A stretch of DNA of 64,000 nt from Patescibacteria group bacterium. Its GTDB lineage: Bacteria; Patescibacteriota; Minisyncoccia; Phycocordibacterales; UBA9973. Shown here piece after piece: positions 1-9,788 of the stretch. Location: the NCBI GenBank assembly GCA_038063535.1, contig JBBTUV010000001.1, forward strand, positions 21,570 through 85,569, read 5' to 3'. Within the stretch, counting starts at the first letter, position 1, and every line of letters begins with the position of its first letter. Below the pieces are notes generated by a model. The model did not search any database. It had not been told where the DNA came from and worked only from the letters and a program-made list of their open reading frames with translations. Position numbers and translations under genes: made by a program.

Positions 1-861
1 ACACTTTATAACAATATTCCGCACCTTCTGACCCCCGTTATCACCGACGCCAAGCGGGCGATACTTGCGCTCAAATGGGCAGCCAAGGAAATGGACCGCC
101 GCTACGATATTCTCGAATCGGAATCAGTGCGGGACATCGAGTCCTATCACCGAAACGTAAAAACCGACGATAACTTGCCCTACATCGCTATAATTATAGA
201 CGAACTTGCCGATATCATGAGCTCTTACCCAAGAGAACTCGAAGCTGCGATCGTGCGCCTAGCACAGATGTCTCGCGCGGTCGGGATACACCTCCTTCTC
301 TCAACCCAGCGACCGGAAGTCAATGTCATCACCGGGCTCATCAAGGCGAATATCCCGGCGCGGATCGCTCTTAAGGTTTCTTCACAGGTAGACTCGCGCA
401 CAATTCTTGACACGGGCGGAGCTGAAAAGCTCCTAGGGGCGGGCGACATGCTCTATTCCTCCGGCGAGGCCCCGCCGGAGCGCCTCCAGAGCGCTTTCAT
501 TTCAGAAGCAGAGGTGAAGAAAGTGGCAAAATATCTCGCTGACGCCTATAAAGACGAGGTCATGGAAGAAATCGCGCTTGCGGAAGGATCGATCTCGGCC
601 GACCGAAGCATCTTCGAGAGTGCTATCGATTCTTCGGAAGATGACGATGAAATGTACGAGGAGGCGCGAGCCTGCGTCATCGAAGCCGGCAAGGCCTCCA
701 CCTCATATCTTCAGCGAAAATTGAAACTGGGTTACGCTCGGGCGGCCCGGCTCATGGATATGCTTGAGGAGCGCGGGGTTATCGGCCCCGGCGACGGAGC
801 GAAGCCAAGGGAGGTGCTCGAGAAAGCAAATCCAGCTGGAGCTGAACCTCCCACCCAATAA
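1..861 (+). CDS. ftsK: DNA translocase FtsK/SpoIIIE, C-terminal motor + gamma domain (5' end outside window)
   Basis: Frame is open from nt 1. Motifs: ...NIPHLLTPVITD..., IIIDELADIM, LLSTQRPEVNVITGLIKANIPARIALKVSSQVDSRTILD. C-terminal winged-helix gamma domain YLQRKLKLGYARAARLMDMLEERGVIG. Confidence 0.85.
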   Translation, partial: TLYNNIPHLLTPVITDAKRAILALKWAAKEMDRRYDILESESVRDIESYHRNVKTDDNLPYIAIIIDELADIMSSYPRELEAAIVRLAQMSRAVGIHLLLSTQRPEVNVITGLIKANIPARIALKVSSQVDSRTILDTGGAEKLLGAGDMLYSSGEAPPERLQSAFISEAEVKKVAKYLADAYKDEVMEEIALAEGSISADRSIFESAIDSSEDDDEMYEEARACVIEAGKASTSYLQRKLKLGYARAARLMDMLEERGVIGPGDGAKPREVLEKANPAGAEPPTQ

Positions 862-864
862 AAG

Positions 865-1197
865 ATGACCAGGGATGCAAAAAAAATTCTGAAGTATGCG
901 GCTCTCTCTGTTTTTTCTCTCGTCATTGTGATCTATGCCTACTTCCGATCAACCGAATTGATTTGGGGAGTAAAAGTAAAAAACGTGGTTTTGCAGAGAG
1001 AAGAAAGTATGTTAAAAATAAGTGGGAACGCCAAGAACGCAGTGCACCTTGCCCTTAATGGACGGGAAATATCGATCGACCAGGCTGGGAACTGGAACGA
1101 GGCCTTGGCGCTTCTCCCGGGATACAACCTGCTCGATATAAACGCGAAAGATAAATTCGGGCATGAGAGCCAAAAAAGTTATCAACTAATCAATTAA
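865..1197 (+). CDS. hypothetical membrane-anchored protein (single N-terminal TM)
   Basis: ORF directly after ftsK and 1 nt before recA. Hydrophobic segment [16 protein letters not shown]. No recognisable family. Confidence 0.4.
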   Translation: MTRDAKKILKYAALSVFSLVIVIYAYFRSTELIWGVKVKNVVLQREESMLKISGNAKNAVHLALNGREISIDQAGNWNEALALLPGYNLLDINAKDKFGHESQKSYQLIN

Positions 1198-1198
1198 A

Positions 1199-2224
1199 AT
1201 GGCGAAAAAAGTGAAAAGTGAAGACTCAAAAAGTCCTATCCTCGAAGATACACTGAAGGCGATCCGGACAAAATTCGGCGAAGGAGCGATAATGAAGATG
1301 GGAGACGCTCCGAAAGTGGGCATTAACACTATTCCTACCGGCTCCCTGGGCCTTGATATGGCACTTGGGGTAGGAGGAATACCCCGGGGAAGGATCATTG
1401 AAATTTTTGGGCCGGAGTCTTCAGGAAAAACTACCCTCGCACTTCACATCGTCGGCGAGGCGCAGAGGCTCGGAGGTGTTTGTGCCTATATCGATGCCGA
1501 GCATGCGATGGACCCGGAATATTCTAAAAAACTTGGTGTAAGCATAAACGATTTATTGATTTCTCAGCCCGATACGGGTGAGCAGGCGCTCGATATTGTC
1601 GAGAGTTTGGTGCGCACGGGAAAAATCGACGTAGTGGTGATAGATAGCGTAGCGGCGCTTACGCCCAAGGACGAGATCGAGGGTGATATGGGAGCATATC
1701 ATGTAGGAAAACAGGCACGCCTGATGTCGCAAGCACTCCGGAAACTGACCGCGATTGTAGCAAGATCAAAAACGGCGGTAATCTTCATCAATCAGATTCG
1801 CATGCAGATCGGCGTGATGTTCGGAAACCCTGAAACCACTCCAGGCGGCAAAGCTCTTAAATTCTATTCATCTGTGCGCTTAGATATAAGAAAAATTGCC
1901 CAGATCAAAAAGGGGGATGAGGTCGTGGGCTCCCGGACTCGAGTGAAAGTGGTGAAGAATAAAGTTGCCGCCCCTTTCAAGCAGACAGAGTTTGACATAA
2001 TTTACAACGAGGGAATTTCCAAAGAGGGTGAGATCATCGCGCTCGGGGAAAAATTCAAGATCCTCGAGAAATCGGGAAACTCCTACGCATACGTTCCGGA
2101 GGGCGCAGAAGAAGTGAAGCTCGGGCGCGGTTATGACGCGACTCGGACGTTTCTCAAAGAAAATTCGAAGATCGCGGAAAGAATTCTCAAGGATATCCGC
2201 AAAAAATTTGCAGAGCAAGTATAA
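1199..2224 (+). CDS. recA: recombinase RecA
   Basis: Walker [38 protein letters not shown]. Full-length RecA architecture. Confidence 0.95.
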   Translation: MAKKVKSEDSKSPILEDTLKAIRTKFGEGAIMKMGDAPKVGINTIPTGSLGLDMALGVGGIPRGRIIEIFGPESSGKTTLALHIVGEAQRLGGVCAYIDAEHAMDPEYSKKLGVSINDLLISQPDTGEQALDIVESLVRTGKIDVVVIDSVAALTPKDEIEGDMGAYHVGKQARLMSQALRKLTAIVARSKTAVIFINQIRMQIGVMFGNPETTPGGKALKFYSSVRLDIRKIAQIKKGDEVVGSRTRVKVVKNKVAAPFKQTEFDIIYNEGISKEGEIIALGEKFKILEKSGNSYAYVPEGAEEVKLGRGYDATRTFLKENSKIAERILKDIRKKFAEQV

Positions 2225-2241
2225 ATCTGCTAATCTCTAGC

Positions 2242-2814
2242 ATGCTTGAATATAATGAAATTCGCGAAAAGCGGATAATTATTTATGCTGGTGAGCCAGC
2301 GGAAGTGATCGAATCACACGTGGCGCGTACCCAGCAGAGAAAACCGCAGAATCAGGTGAAACTGAAGAGTTTGATCAGCGGAAAAACCATCGCCGCAACC
2401 TTCCATGTCTCGGACACCGCAGAAGAAGCGGAAATCGGGAAGCGTGAAATAAAATTTCTTTACCACAACAAGGGGGAATATTGGTTCTCCGATCCTAATA
2501 ATCCGCGAGACAGATTTATACTCGACGCCGCACTCTTGGGGGATGCAGTAAAGTTCTTGAAACCGAACGAGAACGTGACTGCGCTCGTTTGGGAACATGA
2601 GGATGAAAAAAGAATCATCAAGCTCGCCTTGCCGATAAAGATGGAATTCAAAGTCAAAGATGCTCCGCCGGCGGTCCGCGGGGACACTTCAAAAGGCGGA
2701 AATAAATTCATCACCCTTGAAAACGGGGTCACTATCTCTGCGCCTCTTTTCATAAGCGAGGGCGATACGATCCGGGTGAATACTGAAACCGGAGAATACG
2801 TCGAGCGGGTCTAG
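2242..2814 (+). CDS. efp: translation elongation factor P
   Basis: 190 aa. EF-P-like KOW/OB pattern (IIYAGEPAEVIESHVARTQQRKPQNQVKLKSLISGK). Confidence 0.85.
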   Translation: MLEYNEIREKRIIIYAGEPAEVIESHVARTQQRKPQNQVKLKSLISGKTIAATFHVSDTAEEAEIGKREIKFLYHNKGEYWFSDPNNPRDRFILDAALLGDAVKFLKPNENVTALVWEHEDEKRIIKLALPIKMEFKVKDAPPAVRGDTSKGGNKFITLENGVTISAPLFISEGDTIRVNTETGEYVERV

Positions 2815-2818
2815 GAGG

Positions 2819-3019
2819 TTATTTCGCCATGTAGGGCAGAAGTCCAAGGAAACGAGCGCGTTTGATCGCTTGCGCGAGCGCACGCTGGTTTTTCGCGGTA
2901 ATGCCGCTTCGCTTACGAGAAACAATTTTTCCGTTCGGATTGATGAACCTCAAAAGAATCTCGGTATCCTTATAGTCGATATGCTTGATATTATTGGCTG
3001 AAAAAAAGTCTTGGCGCAT
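2819..3019 (-). CDS. rpsR: 30S ribosomal protein S18
   Basis: 66 aa. Conserved KDTEILLRFINPNGKI..RKRSGITAKNQRALAQAIKRARFLGLLPY. Confidence 0.9.
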   Translation of the reverse strand: MRQDFFSANNIKHIDYKDTEILLRFINPNGKIVSRKRSGITAKNQRALAQAIKRARFLGLLPYMAK

Positions 3020-3025
3020 GGATTT

Positions 3026-3481
3026 CTAAAATGGAATATCTTCGGGGTTAATTTCGTCTTCTGGATATTCGATGGTGTCTACTTCTTCTGCCGCCGCTGA
3101 TTTAGCCGGAGCGGGCGCTCCTCCGCCACTCCCGCTTCCCCTTGGACCAAATTGTGTCCGCTCGGCGATAATCTCGGTGCGGTATTTCTTCTCACCACTA
3201 TTCTTGTCTTCCCAGCTTCTGGTCTGAATTCTTCCTTCAACTAGGATCGAGCTCCCCTTTTTCATGTACTGCGCCACTGTTTCCGCCCCTCGGCCGAAGA
3301 CCACAACATTATGATACTCCACCTGCTCTTGCCTCGCTCCCGCCTTATCCTTCCATACCCTATTGGTCGCGACCGAAAAAGAGCAGACCTTTCCGCCGGA
3401 GGGAAGAGCCCGGAGTTCCGGGTCGCGCGTAAGATTTCCTATGATGATTGCTTTGTTTAGGTTCATATTTTTATTCGGCAC
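3026..3481 (-). CDS. ssb: single-stranded DNA-binding protein
   Basis: OB-fold sequence MNLNKAIIIGNLTRDPELR...VEYHNVVVFGR. Gly-rich tail ending in acidic DIPF. Sits between rpsF and rpsR as in the classic operon. Confidence 0.9.
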   Translation of the reverse strand: MPNKNMNLNKAIIIGNLTRDPELRALPSGGKVCSFSVATNRVWKDKAGARQEQVEYHNVVVFGRGAETVAQYMKKGSSILVEGRIQTRSWEDKNSGEKKYRTEIIAERTQFGPRGSGSGGGAPAPAKSAAAEEVDTIEYPEDEINPEDIPF

Positions 3482-3962
3482 TAACCATCGCTTCTATTTC
3501 TTTATCTATCTCTTCCTTATTGATCGGAGCGGCCGGCTTGGCTTCCTCTTTCCTTCGGGTAACAAGCGGCTTTCGGTAAGGAATGTCCCGCATGAACCTT
3601 CGGCCGGAAGTAGCGCTCTCTCGAGTAGTCTTCACTACCAAAAAGCGGATAACCTCCGTAGTATCTGTGAATTTTTGCTTCACTTCCGAAATTTTATCCG
3701 TGGGAAGCGCGAATTTCACCCAGCCGAAATAGGCGGAATTGAATTTCCTGCGAGTGTTGCCGAGTATTTTTTCCATATTGTAAGCGAGCGGGATTTTCTT
3801 CGGAAGCTCGTCGGAGATGACCTCCGCCCCCGCCCCCGAAACTGCGTCCTTGAGGCCCGCATACACCCTCGCCACCTCCTCATCCGTCAGATCCGGAGCG
3901 GCAAGGTATCCGACTTCGTAGACGGTCGGAGCTGATTCAACTTTCGCTTCTTCTTCTGCCAT
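3471..3962 (-). CDS. rpsF: 30S ribosomal protein S6 with C-terminal extension
   Basis: YEVGYLAAPDLTDEEVARV... First gene of the rpsF-ssb-rpsR arrangement. 11-nt overlap with ssb. Confidence 0.75.
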   Translation of the reverse strand: MAEEEAKVESAPTVYEVGYLAAPDLTDEEVARVYAGLKDAVSGAGAEVISDELPKKIPLAYNMEKILGNTRRKFNSAYFGWVKFALPTDKISEVKQKFTDTTEVIRFLVVKTTRESATSGRRFMRDIPYRKPLVTRRKEEAKPAAPINKEEIDKEIEAMVSAE

Positions 3963-3985
3963 GTCCTATGATACTAGCAAAAACC

Positions 3986-4801
3986 CTATAATTTGTAAAC
4001 TCTGCGGGCATTTTCGAGCAACTTCTCAGCAACTTCTGGCTCCGGCAAATTCTTAATTTCCGCAATCCTCTTTACTACTTCACGCACATAGATGGGTTCA
4101 TTGCGGCGACCGCGGTAGGGCACAGGAGTGACATATGGGGCGTCAGTTTCAGATAAAATCATATCGAGCGGGAAGGAACGAATAAGATCGTCGTAGTCAC
4201 GGGTGAAAGTAATAACTCCGGTAAAAGAAATGGTAAATCCGAAGTCGAGAAATGCTTTGGCCTCTTCGATGCTCCCGGCAAAAAAATGCACATCGCCCTT
4301 AATTTTTGCATGTTTTTTGAGAATCTCAAGCGCATCTGCGTATGCGGCTCGGACGTGAAGCATGAGAGGCTTCCCTACTTCATTGGCAAGCTCTATCTGC
4401 TCGATGAACATCTTTTTTTGCTTCTCAATTGAATCGGGATCGAGGCGGTAATAGTCTAGCCCGCACTCCCCCACTCCCACGACCTTCGGATTCTTGAGCA
4501 GTTCTCTGTAAGCAGCCTTGTCGAAAGATTCACCTCGGGAAGTGAACTCTGTTCCTCCCTCACCAAACTCATGCTTGTCGTGAAATGAAGCGCTGGTATG
4601 GATCGGGTGCAATCCCACAATCGCGTAAACCCCCTCCTCATATTTCTCGGCCATTTCTACCGCCTTTCTTGAAGTATCTATCTGCGTGCCAACATTTATG
4701 ACCCAAGTATCATTGTCGAGCGCTCGCTTAATGACCTCATCTCGATCTTCATCAAAAGCCGAGAAATTCACATGTGAATGAACATCAATGTATTTAGGCA
4801 T
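3986..4801 (-). CDS. tatD: TatD-family metal-dependent hydrolase/DNase
   Basis: IDVHSHVNF start, GLHP, ECGLDYY, LMLHVR, SETDAPYV motifs. Confidence 0.85.
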   Translation of the reverse strand: MPKYIDVHSHVNFSAFDEDRDEVIKRALDNDTWVINVGTQIDTSRKAVEMAEKYEEGVYAIVGLHPIHTSASFHDKHEFGEGGTEFTSRGESFDKAAYRELLKNPKVVGVGECGLDYYRLDPDSIEKQKKMFIEQIELANEVGKPLMLHVRAAYADALEILKKHAKIKGDVHFFAGSIEEAKAFLDFGFTISFTGVITFTRDYDDLIRSFPLDMILSETDAPYVTPVPYRGRRNEPIYVREVVKRIAEIKNLPEPEVAEKLLENARRVYKL

Positions 4802-6237
4802 TAGTCTTTGCGAGGGAATAAGGGTTTCTCCGGTTTTTTGTTTTCTCTGATTAATTTTTTTATTTTCTCGCTAGTGTCTGGCAAGAGCGGATTTAGCATT
4901 CTGGCAATTACATATAACTCCTGAGTTATCTCAGTAATTATCTCCTTACCTTTTTTCTCATCCTTTTTGACAACTTTGAATGGTTCGGTCTTTTGAATTT
5001 TCTGATCAAGGTTATGGATTTTTTCCCAGACATAATCGGCGGCTTTCTTTACATCAAAAGTTTCTAAAAGCTCAAAATATTCTTTCAGTTCAGATTTCTC
5101 CGGGATCTCCGGGGTCTTTTCTAAATATTTTTCCGAAAGCGTCAAAATTCTCGAAACTAAATTGCCCAGGCCGTTCGCGAGGTTCGCGTTGTAGGCCTCT
5201 TTTATGCCCTCCGGTGTTACGTCCGTATCTTCAAACGAATTCACGTGCCGGAGCAGGAAGTAACGCACAGCATCCTTTCCATACTCGTTCACCAGGTCAA
5301 TGGGATTTATAACGTTGCCGAGCGACTTGGACATTTTTCCCCCGCCGGAGGTTATAAATCCATGGTAAACCACCTTATCGGTGTTTTTTACGCCAGCAGA
5401 CATAAGCATCGCCTGCCACATCAGAGACTGAAAACGAACTTGATCCTTACCGGCTGTTTGAACAACCTCCCCGTCTACCCAAAATTTTTTAAAATTCCCT
5501 GATTCATTCGGCCATCCCAAAGTAGAAATATAGTTAGTGAGCGCATCGAACCACACATACATTACCTGCGAATCATCGCCCGGAACCGGCACACCCCAGG
5601 AGAGCCTTTCTTTCTCTCTTGAGATGCTAAAGTCTTCCAAGCCGCCCTCGACGAATTTTACCGCTTCACCCCGCCGCCACTCGGGTAAAATTACACCGGG
5701 GTGAGAGAGGTAATCAAACAGTTTATCTTGATACTTTGAAAAACGGAAAAAATAATTTTCTTCCTCAAGAACTTTGATCTCAAGATTCAGATGCAGAAGG
5801 CATCTTCCCTTCTCATCTAAGTCGGTATCTCTTTTGAAAGATTCACAGCCGACACAATACTTTCCCTTATATTTTTTTTTATAGATATCACCCGCTTTAT
5901 CGCACCTTCTCCAAATTTCCTCGGCAGCTTTCTTATGAAGAGGGTCGGTGGTCCGTATAAAATTATCAACCGATATATTCAATACTTTCAAAAGTTCCTT
6001 GAAACGTAGAGAATACTTATCCGCATAAATTTTAGTATCTTTCTCGCCTGCACTCTGTGCTGACTCAAAAACTTTCTGCCCATGCTCATCCGTGCCGGTC
6101 GAGAAAAAAACATCTCTTCCTATTAATCTCTGATAGCGAGCGACGGCATCACTTTGCACAAACTCAAGCGCGTGACCCATGTGCGGATCCGCGTTTACAT
6201 AAGGAAGTGTGGCCGTTAGATAGAAACTTTTTTTCAT
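4801..6237 (-). CDS. metG: methionyl-tRNA synthetase
   Basis: LPYVNADPHMGHALEFVQSD (HIGH-class motif), KMSKSLGNV, Zn-knuckle CVGCESF. Confidence 0.95.
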   Translation of the reverse strand: MKKSFYLTATLPYVNADPHMGHALEFVQSDAVARYQRLIGRDVFFSTGTDEHGQKVFESAQSAGEKDTKIYADKYSLRFKELLKVLNISVDNFIRTTDPLHKKAAEEIWRRCDKAGDIYKKKYKGKYCVGCESFKRDTDLDEKGRCLLHLNLEIKVLEEENYFFRFSKYQDKLFDYLSHPGVILPEWRRGEAVKFVEGGLEDFSISREKERLSWGVPVPGDDSQVMYVWFDALTNYISTLGWPNESGNFKKFWVDGEVVQTAGKDQVRFQSLMWQAMLMSAGVKNTDKVVYHGFITSGGGKMSKSLGNVINPIDLVNEYGKDAVRYFLLRHVNSFEDTDVTPEGIKEAYNANLANGLGNLVSRILTLSEKYLEKTPEIPEKSELKEYFELLETFDVKKAADYVWEKIHNLDQKIQKTEPFKVVKKDEKKGKEIITEITQELYVIARMLNPLLPDTSEKIKKLIRENKKPEKPLFPRKD

Positions 6238-7301
6238 TGTCTCATCCGACTTTGAGCTTTCTTCTTCTCTAGATCGCTGATGAGCTCCATTACGAACACG
6301 GCGATGGGAATCGCAAGTATCATCCCCCAGACACCGCCCAGTTCATAACCGATAAGGATGGCAAGGATGATGACAAGGGGCGAGAGGCCCACGATCGACT
6401 TGATCAGGAGTGGTGCGAAGAGGAATACTTCGAACTGGTGGATGATGAGATACGCACCGGCTACTAGAAATGCGCTGGTGAGCCCTCCCGAGAGATAGGA
6501 AACCGAAGCCGCCGGGATGAGCGCGATTAGTGTTCCGTACGGGAAAAGCCCCATAAATCCTGCAAGAATTGCCAGGAGGAGCGCGTATTTGATCCCGAGG
6601 AGCGAGAGCACGAGGTAAACTAGCACCGCATCAAGGAGGCCCATCACCAGTTGTCCTTTTACCCAAAGGGCGATCTTGCGCCGAGAGCGTTGCCATAGGT
6701 CAACCGCATATGCCTCATAATCGGTGGGCAGGATGATCTGGAGGAACTTTTCTATCCCCCGCTCCTGCACGGAGAGATAGAAGGAAATTATCGTGATTAC
6801 GACCAAATTGAAAATGCTTCCGAAGGCTCCGGCGAGCGTCTGGAAAAATCCACCGGATAGATTGGAAACGAAAGCTTTGGAAGTAGTAATGAGGGTTGTC
6901 AGAGAAAGGCTGTGCGAGAGATTCGCGACGATGTCTTTGGCTCCGGAGAAAGCGTCATTTTTGAAGTAATTGATAAGTGCCGAATCAGGAATATAGGCGG
7001 AAAGAAAAACAGAGAGATTGTAAACTTCGGTTATGAGAAGCGGTGCGAAAAGATAAAACATTCCGGCGAGGGTTAGGATCGCTACCACGTAGCAAACGAT
7101 AACCGCCGGAACCCGCCCGAACCGAATCTTCCGGAAGTGCGGGATCGCGGACTCCATGAAAGATGCGATAACGATGGCAGTAAGAATAATGAGGATAAAA
7201 TCTCGAAGTATCCAGATGAGGTAAACACCTAAGATTATGAGCACGGCGCGGATCATCGTACCGGTCGAAATAGAGAGAGAGGGGTAGTCTTTGGGAGGCA
7301 T
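6234..7301 (-). CDS. AI-2E family (PerM/UPF0118) transporter
   Basis: About 8 TM helices. Conserved C-terminal pattern of the AI-2E family (ILAIPIAVFVMELI). 4-nt overlap with metG. Confidence 0.75.
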   Translation of the reverse strand: MPPKDYPSLSISTGTMIRAVLIILGVYLIWILRDFILIILTAIVIASFMESAIPHFRKIRFGRVPAVIVCYVVAILTLAGMFYLFAPLLITEVYNLSVFLSAYIPDSALINYFKNDAFSGAKDIVANLSHSLSLTTLITTSKAFVSNLSGGFFQTLAGAFGSIFNLVVITIISFYLSVQERGIEKFLQIILPTDYEAYAVDLWQRSRRKIALWVKGQLVMGLLDAVLVYLVLSLLGIKYALLLAILAGFMGLFPYGTLIALIPAASVSYLSGGLTSAFLVAGAYLIIHQFEVFLFAPLLIKSIVGLSPLVIILAILIGYELGGVWGMILAIPIAVFVMELISDLEKKKAQSRMRQ

Positions 7302-7308
7302 GCCAGGA

Positions 7309-8577
7309 TTATATCACAAAGATTTTTTTTAAGTCATTGTCCTTTTTGATCGGGCCGACCAGCGCAAGATTGAGCTTCCGGTTCTTGAAAATTTCTTGGG
7401 ATACGACGCGCAGATCCTCGCGGGTAACTGCGCGGATTTCCGCCGACCGCTCGTCGATCGTCTGGAGCTTTTTCTGAAGAAGCTCGGAGAGTCCGTAAAA
7501 GGAAGCGATGCTGTCGCTTGACTCAAGAGAAAGTTTCATCGTGCCGATGAGATATTCCTTCACTTTTTCAAGCTCCTCGGGCGATATGAGTTCGGCAGCC
7601 ATCCTTTTGCATTCCTCGAGTATCACTCCTATCACTTCGAGCAATCTTTGATTGGTGACGCCCGCCGAAACCTGGAAAACTCCGTGGTCGGTATAAGGAT
7701 CGTTGTGCGCGCGCACATAATAACCCACCCCCATTTCCTCGCGGAGCTTCTGGAAAAGGCGCGAACTCATGCCGCCGCCGAGCACTCCGGCGAGCACCGC
7801 GAGCGAAGGGCTCCTCTGGCTCGATAGCTTATGCGAGCGCGCCGCCAATACGAAATGAGTCTGATCGGTTTTCTTATATTCAGAGAGGATGCCGGGACGG
7901 GTTTGCCTCTCGGCCACTTTCCGTTTATCTACCTTCTGCCCCCTGGGAACCTCTCCGAAAACTTTTTTTATTTCATCGAGAACTTCCTTTTCGCTCACCT
8001 GCCCCGCCGCCACGATCACCGTCGCTTCCGGGAGATAGTGCATCCCCTTATAAGCGAGGAAGTCGAGCCGTTTCATCTTTCGGATATTTTCTTTTTCTCC
8101 GGCGATGTTCCAGCCCGCCGGCTGGTCTCCGTAGAGAAGTTTCATCGCGAGGTCTTGTACATGGCGGTTCGGCAGGTCCTGATACATATTTATCTCCTCG
8201 ATGATGACTCCTTTTTCTTTTTCCATCTCTTTCTCCGGGAAAGTGGAGTTAAGATAGATATCGGTGACCACGTCGAAGATCTGGCGAAAATGCCGCGCCT
8301 CGGCCTTGGCATAGTAGCCGGTGTATTCCTGCGCGGTAAAGGCGTTGTATTCGCTACCGAGGGCATCGAGCTCTTTAGATATATCAATTGCCTTTGGGCG
8401 CTTTATAGTACCCTTGAAACACATGTGCTCGAGGAAATGGGAAATGCCATTCACTCTTTTTTCTTCATACTTCGAGCCAGCCTCCACTAGGACCAAAACC
8501 GTCACCGTCGGATTATCTTTCATCGGGACGGTAATCACCCGCAAGCCGTTTCTCAAAACTTTCTTCGAAAGTTTCAT
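7309..8577 (-). CDS. M16-family zinc peptidase (insulinase-like)
   Basis: Inverted zinc motif HFLEHMCFKGT (HxxEH) near the N-terminus. 422 aa, typical two-domain size. Confidence 0.8.
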   Translation of the reverse strand: MKLSKKVLRNGLRVITVPMKDNPTVTVLVLVEAGSKYEEKRVNGISHFLEHMCFKGTIKRPKAIDISKELDALGSEYNAFTAQEYTGYYAKAEARHFRQIFDVVTDIYLNSTFPEKEMEKEKGVIIEEINMYQDLPNRHVQDLAMKLLYGDQPAGWNIAGEKENIRKMKRLDFLAYKGMHYLPEATVIVAAGQVSEKEVLDEIKKVFGEVPRGQKVDKRKVAERQTRPGILSEYKKTDQTHFVLAARSHKLSSQRSPSLAVLAGVLGGGMSSRLFQKLREEMGVGYYVRAHNDPYTDHGVFQVSAGVTNQRLLEVIGVILEECKRMAAELISPEELEKVKEYLIGTMKLSLESSDSIASFYGLSELLQKKLQTIDERSAEIRAVTREDLRVVSQEIFKNRKLNLALVGPIKKDNDLKKIFVI

Positions 8578-9788
8578 TCAATTTTCTCTCCGAGATATTG
8601 TATGAGTCCAGAAACCTTTATTCTCTTTTGCTTCCCGCTGTCACGATCGCGGACGGTAACGGTGCCATCTGTAAGCGTGTCGAAATCTACGGTCACGCAG
8701 TAAGGTGTGCCGATCTCGTCCTGGCGGCGATAGCGCTTGCCGATGTTGCCGTTGTCGTCAAATTCAACTCTGCCATATTCGCGTTTCAATTCACTAAAGA
8801 TTTTCTCGGCATATTTTACCAATTCGGGTTTATTCTTAAGAAGCGGAGAAACACAGGCGATAACTGGTGCAATCTGCGGTTTAAGTTTCAAATACACGCG
8901 GACCTCCTTATTCTTTACATCTTCGCTGTAAGCGGACAAAAGTAAGGCAAGCACGACTCGATCAACTCCCAAGGACGGTTCAATCACATGCGGGACAATC
9001 TTTTCTTTAGTCTCCTCGTCCAAATATTCGAGCCGATGATTTTTGAGATCAAAATCAGTTCGGTAAGCAAGCCCGAAAAGTTCTTTGCGGCCGAAAGGAT
9101 AATCGAATTCAAAGTCGATCGTTCGCTTTGAGTAATGAGCCCTGTCTTTTTCCGGAACTTCCAGTTCCTGTACTTTTTTCTGGTCTATCCCGACTTCCTT
9201 TATCCAGCCGAGCATTTCACCGCGCCAGTACTCAAAATACTTCTCCCATTCCTTTCCGCGAACAAAATATTCTATCTCCATCTGCTCGAACTCGCGCTGG
9301 CGGAAAATAAAATCCCGCGGGGCAATTTCGTTCCGAAAAGCTTTCCCGATCTGCGCCACGCCGAACGGCAGTTTTGGATGAAAGCTGTCGACGACATTTT
9401 TGAAGTTAACAAATATCCCCTGCGCGGTTTCGGGGCGCAGATAGGCAGGCGTCGCCTCCTCACCGGCGCCGACGGAAGTCTTGAACATCACGTTGAATTG
9501 TTTCCCGTCCTCCAGCGGATCGGAAAATCCCGCGACATGGCCGGAAAATTCCCAAACTTTCGGATTCAAAATGAGAGCAGAATCAAGCCCGAACATATCG
9601 CGCCGGGCATCGACAAACTTATTCCACCAAGACTTTTTTAAATTATTCTTAAGCGCTACTCCATAGTGCCCCCAATCGTAAAATCCGGCCAGGCCGCCGT
9701 AAATTTCCGAGCTTGGAAAGACAAAACCTCGTCTTTTGCAAAGACTTACAATTTTCTCCATTAGGTTGTCGCTCTCTTTTTTCATCAT
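8574..9788 (-). CDS. glyQS: glycyl-tRNA synthetase (dimeric class II type)
   Basis: IVSLCKRRGFVFPSSEIYGGLAGFYDWGHYG, class II motifs, C-terminal anticodon-binding domain. Confidence 0.9.
   Translation of the reverse strand: MMKKESDNLMEKIVSLCKRRGFVFPSSEIYGGLAGFYDWGHYGVALKNNLKKSWWNKFVDARRDMFGLDSALILNPKVWEFSGHVAGFSDPLEDGKQFNVMFKTSVGAGEEATPAYLRPETAQGIFVNFKNVVDSFHPKLPFGVAQIGKAFRNEIAPRDFIFRQREFEQMEIEYFVRGKEWEKYFEYWRGEMLGWIKEVGIDQKKVQELEVPEKDRAHYSKRTIDFEFDYPFGRKELFGLAYRTDFDLKNHRLEYLDEETKEKIVPHVIEPSLGVDRVVLALLLSAYSEDVKNKEVRVYLKLKPQIAPVIACVSPLLKNKPELVKYAEKIFSELKREYGRVEFDDNGNIGKRYRRQDEIGTPYCVTVDFDTLTDGTVTVRDRDSGKQKRIKVSGLIQYLGEKIE

Noticed and set aside
1040-1198. Looked for a LexA box (GAAC-N4-GTTC) upstream of recA
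   Set aside because: None present. The only near match is GAACTGGAAC, which lacks the GTTC half.
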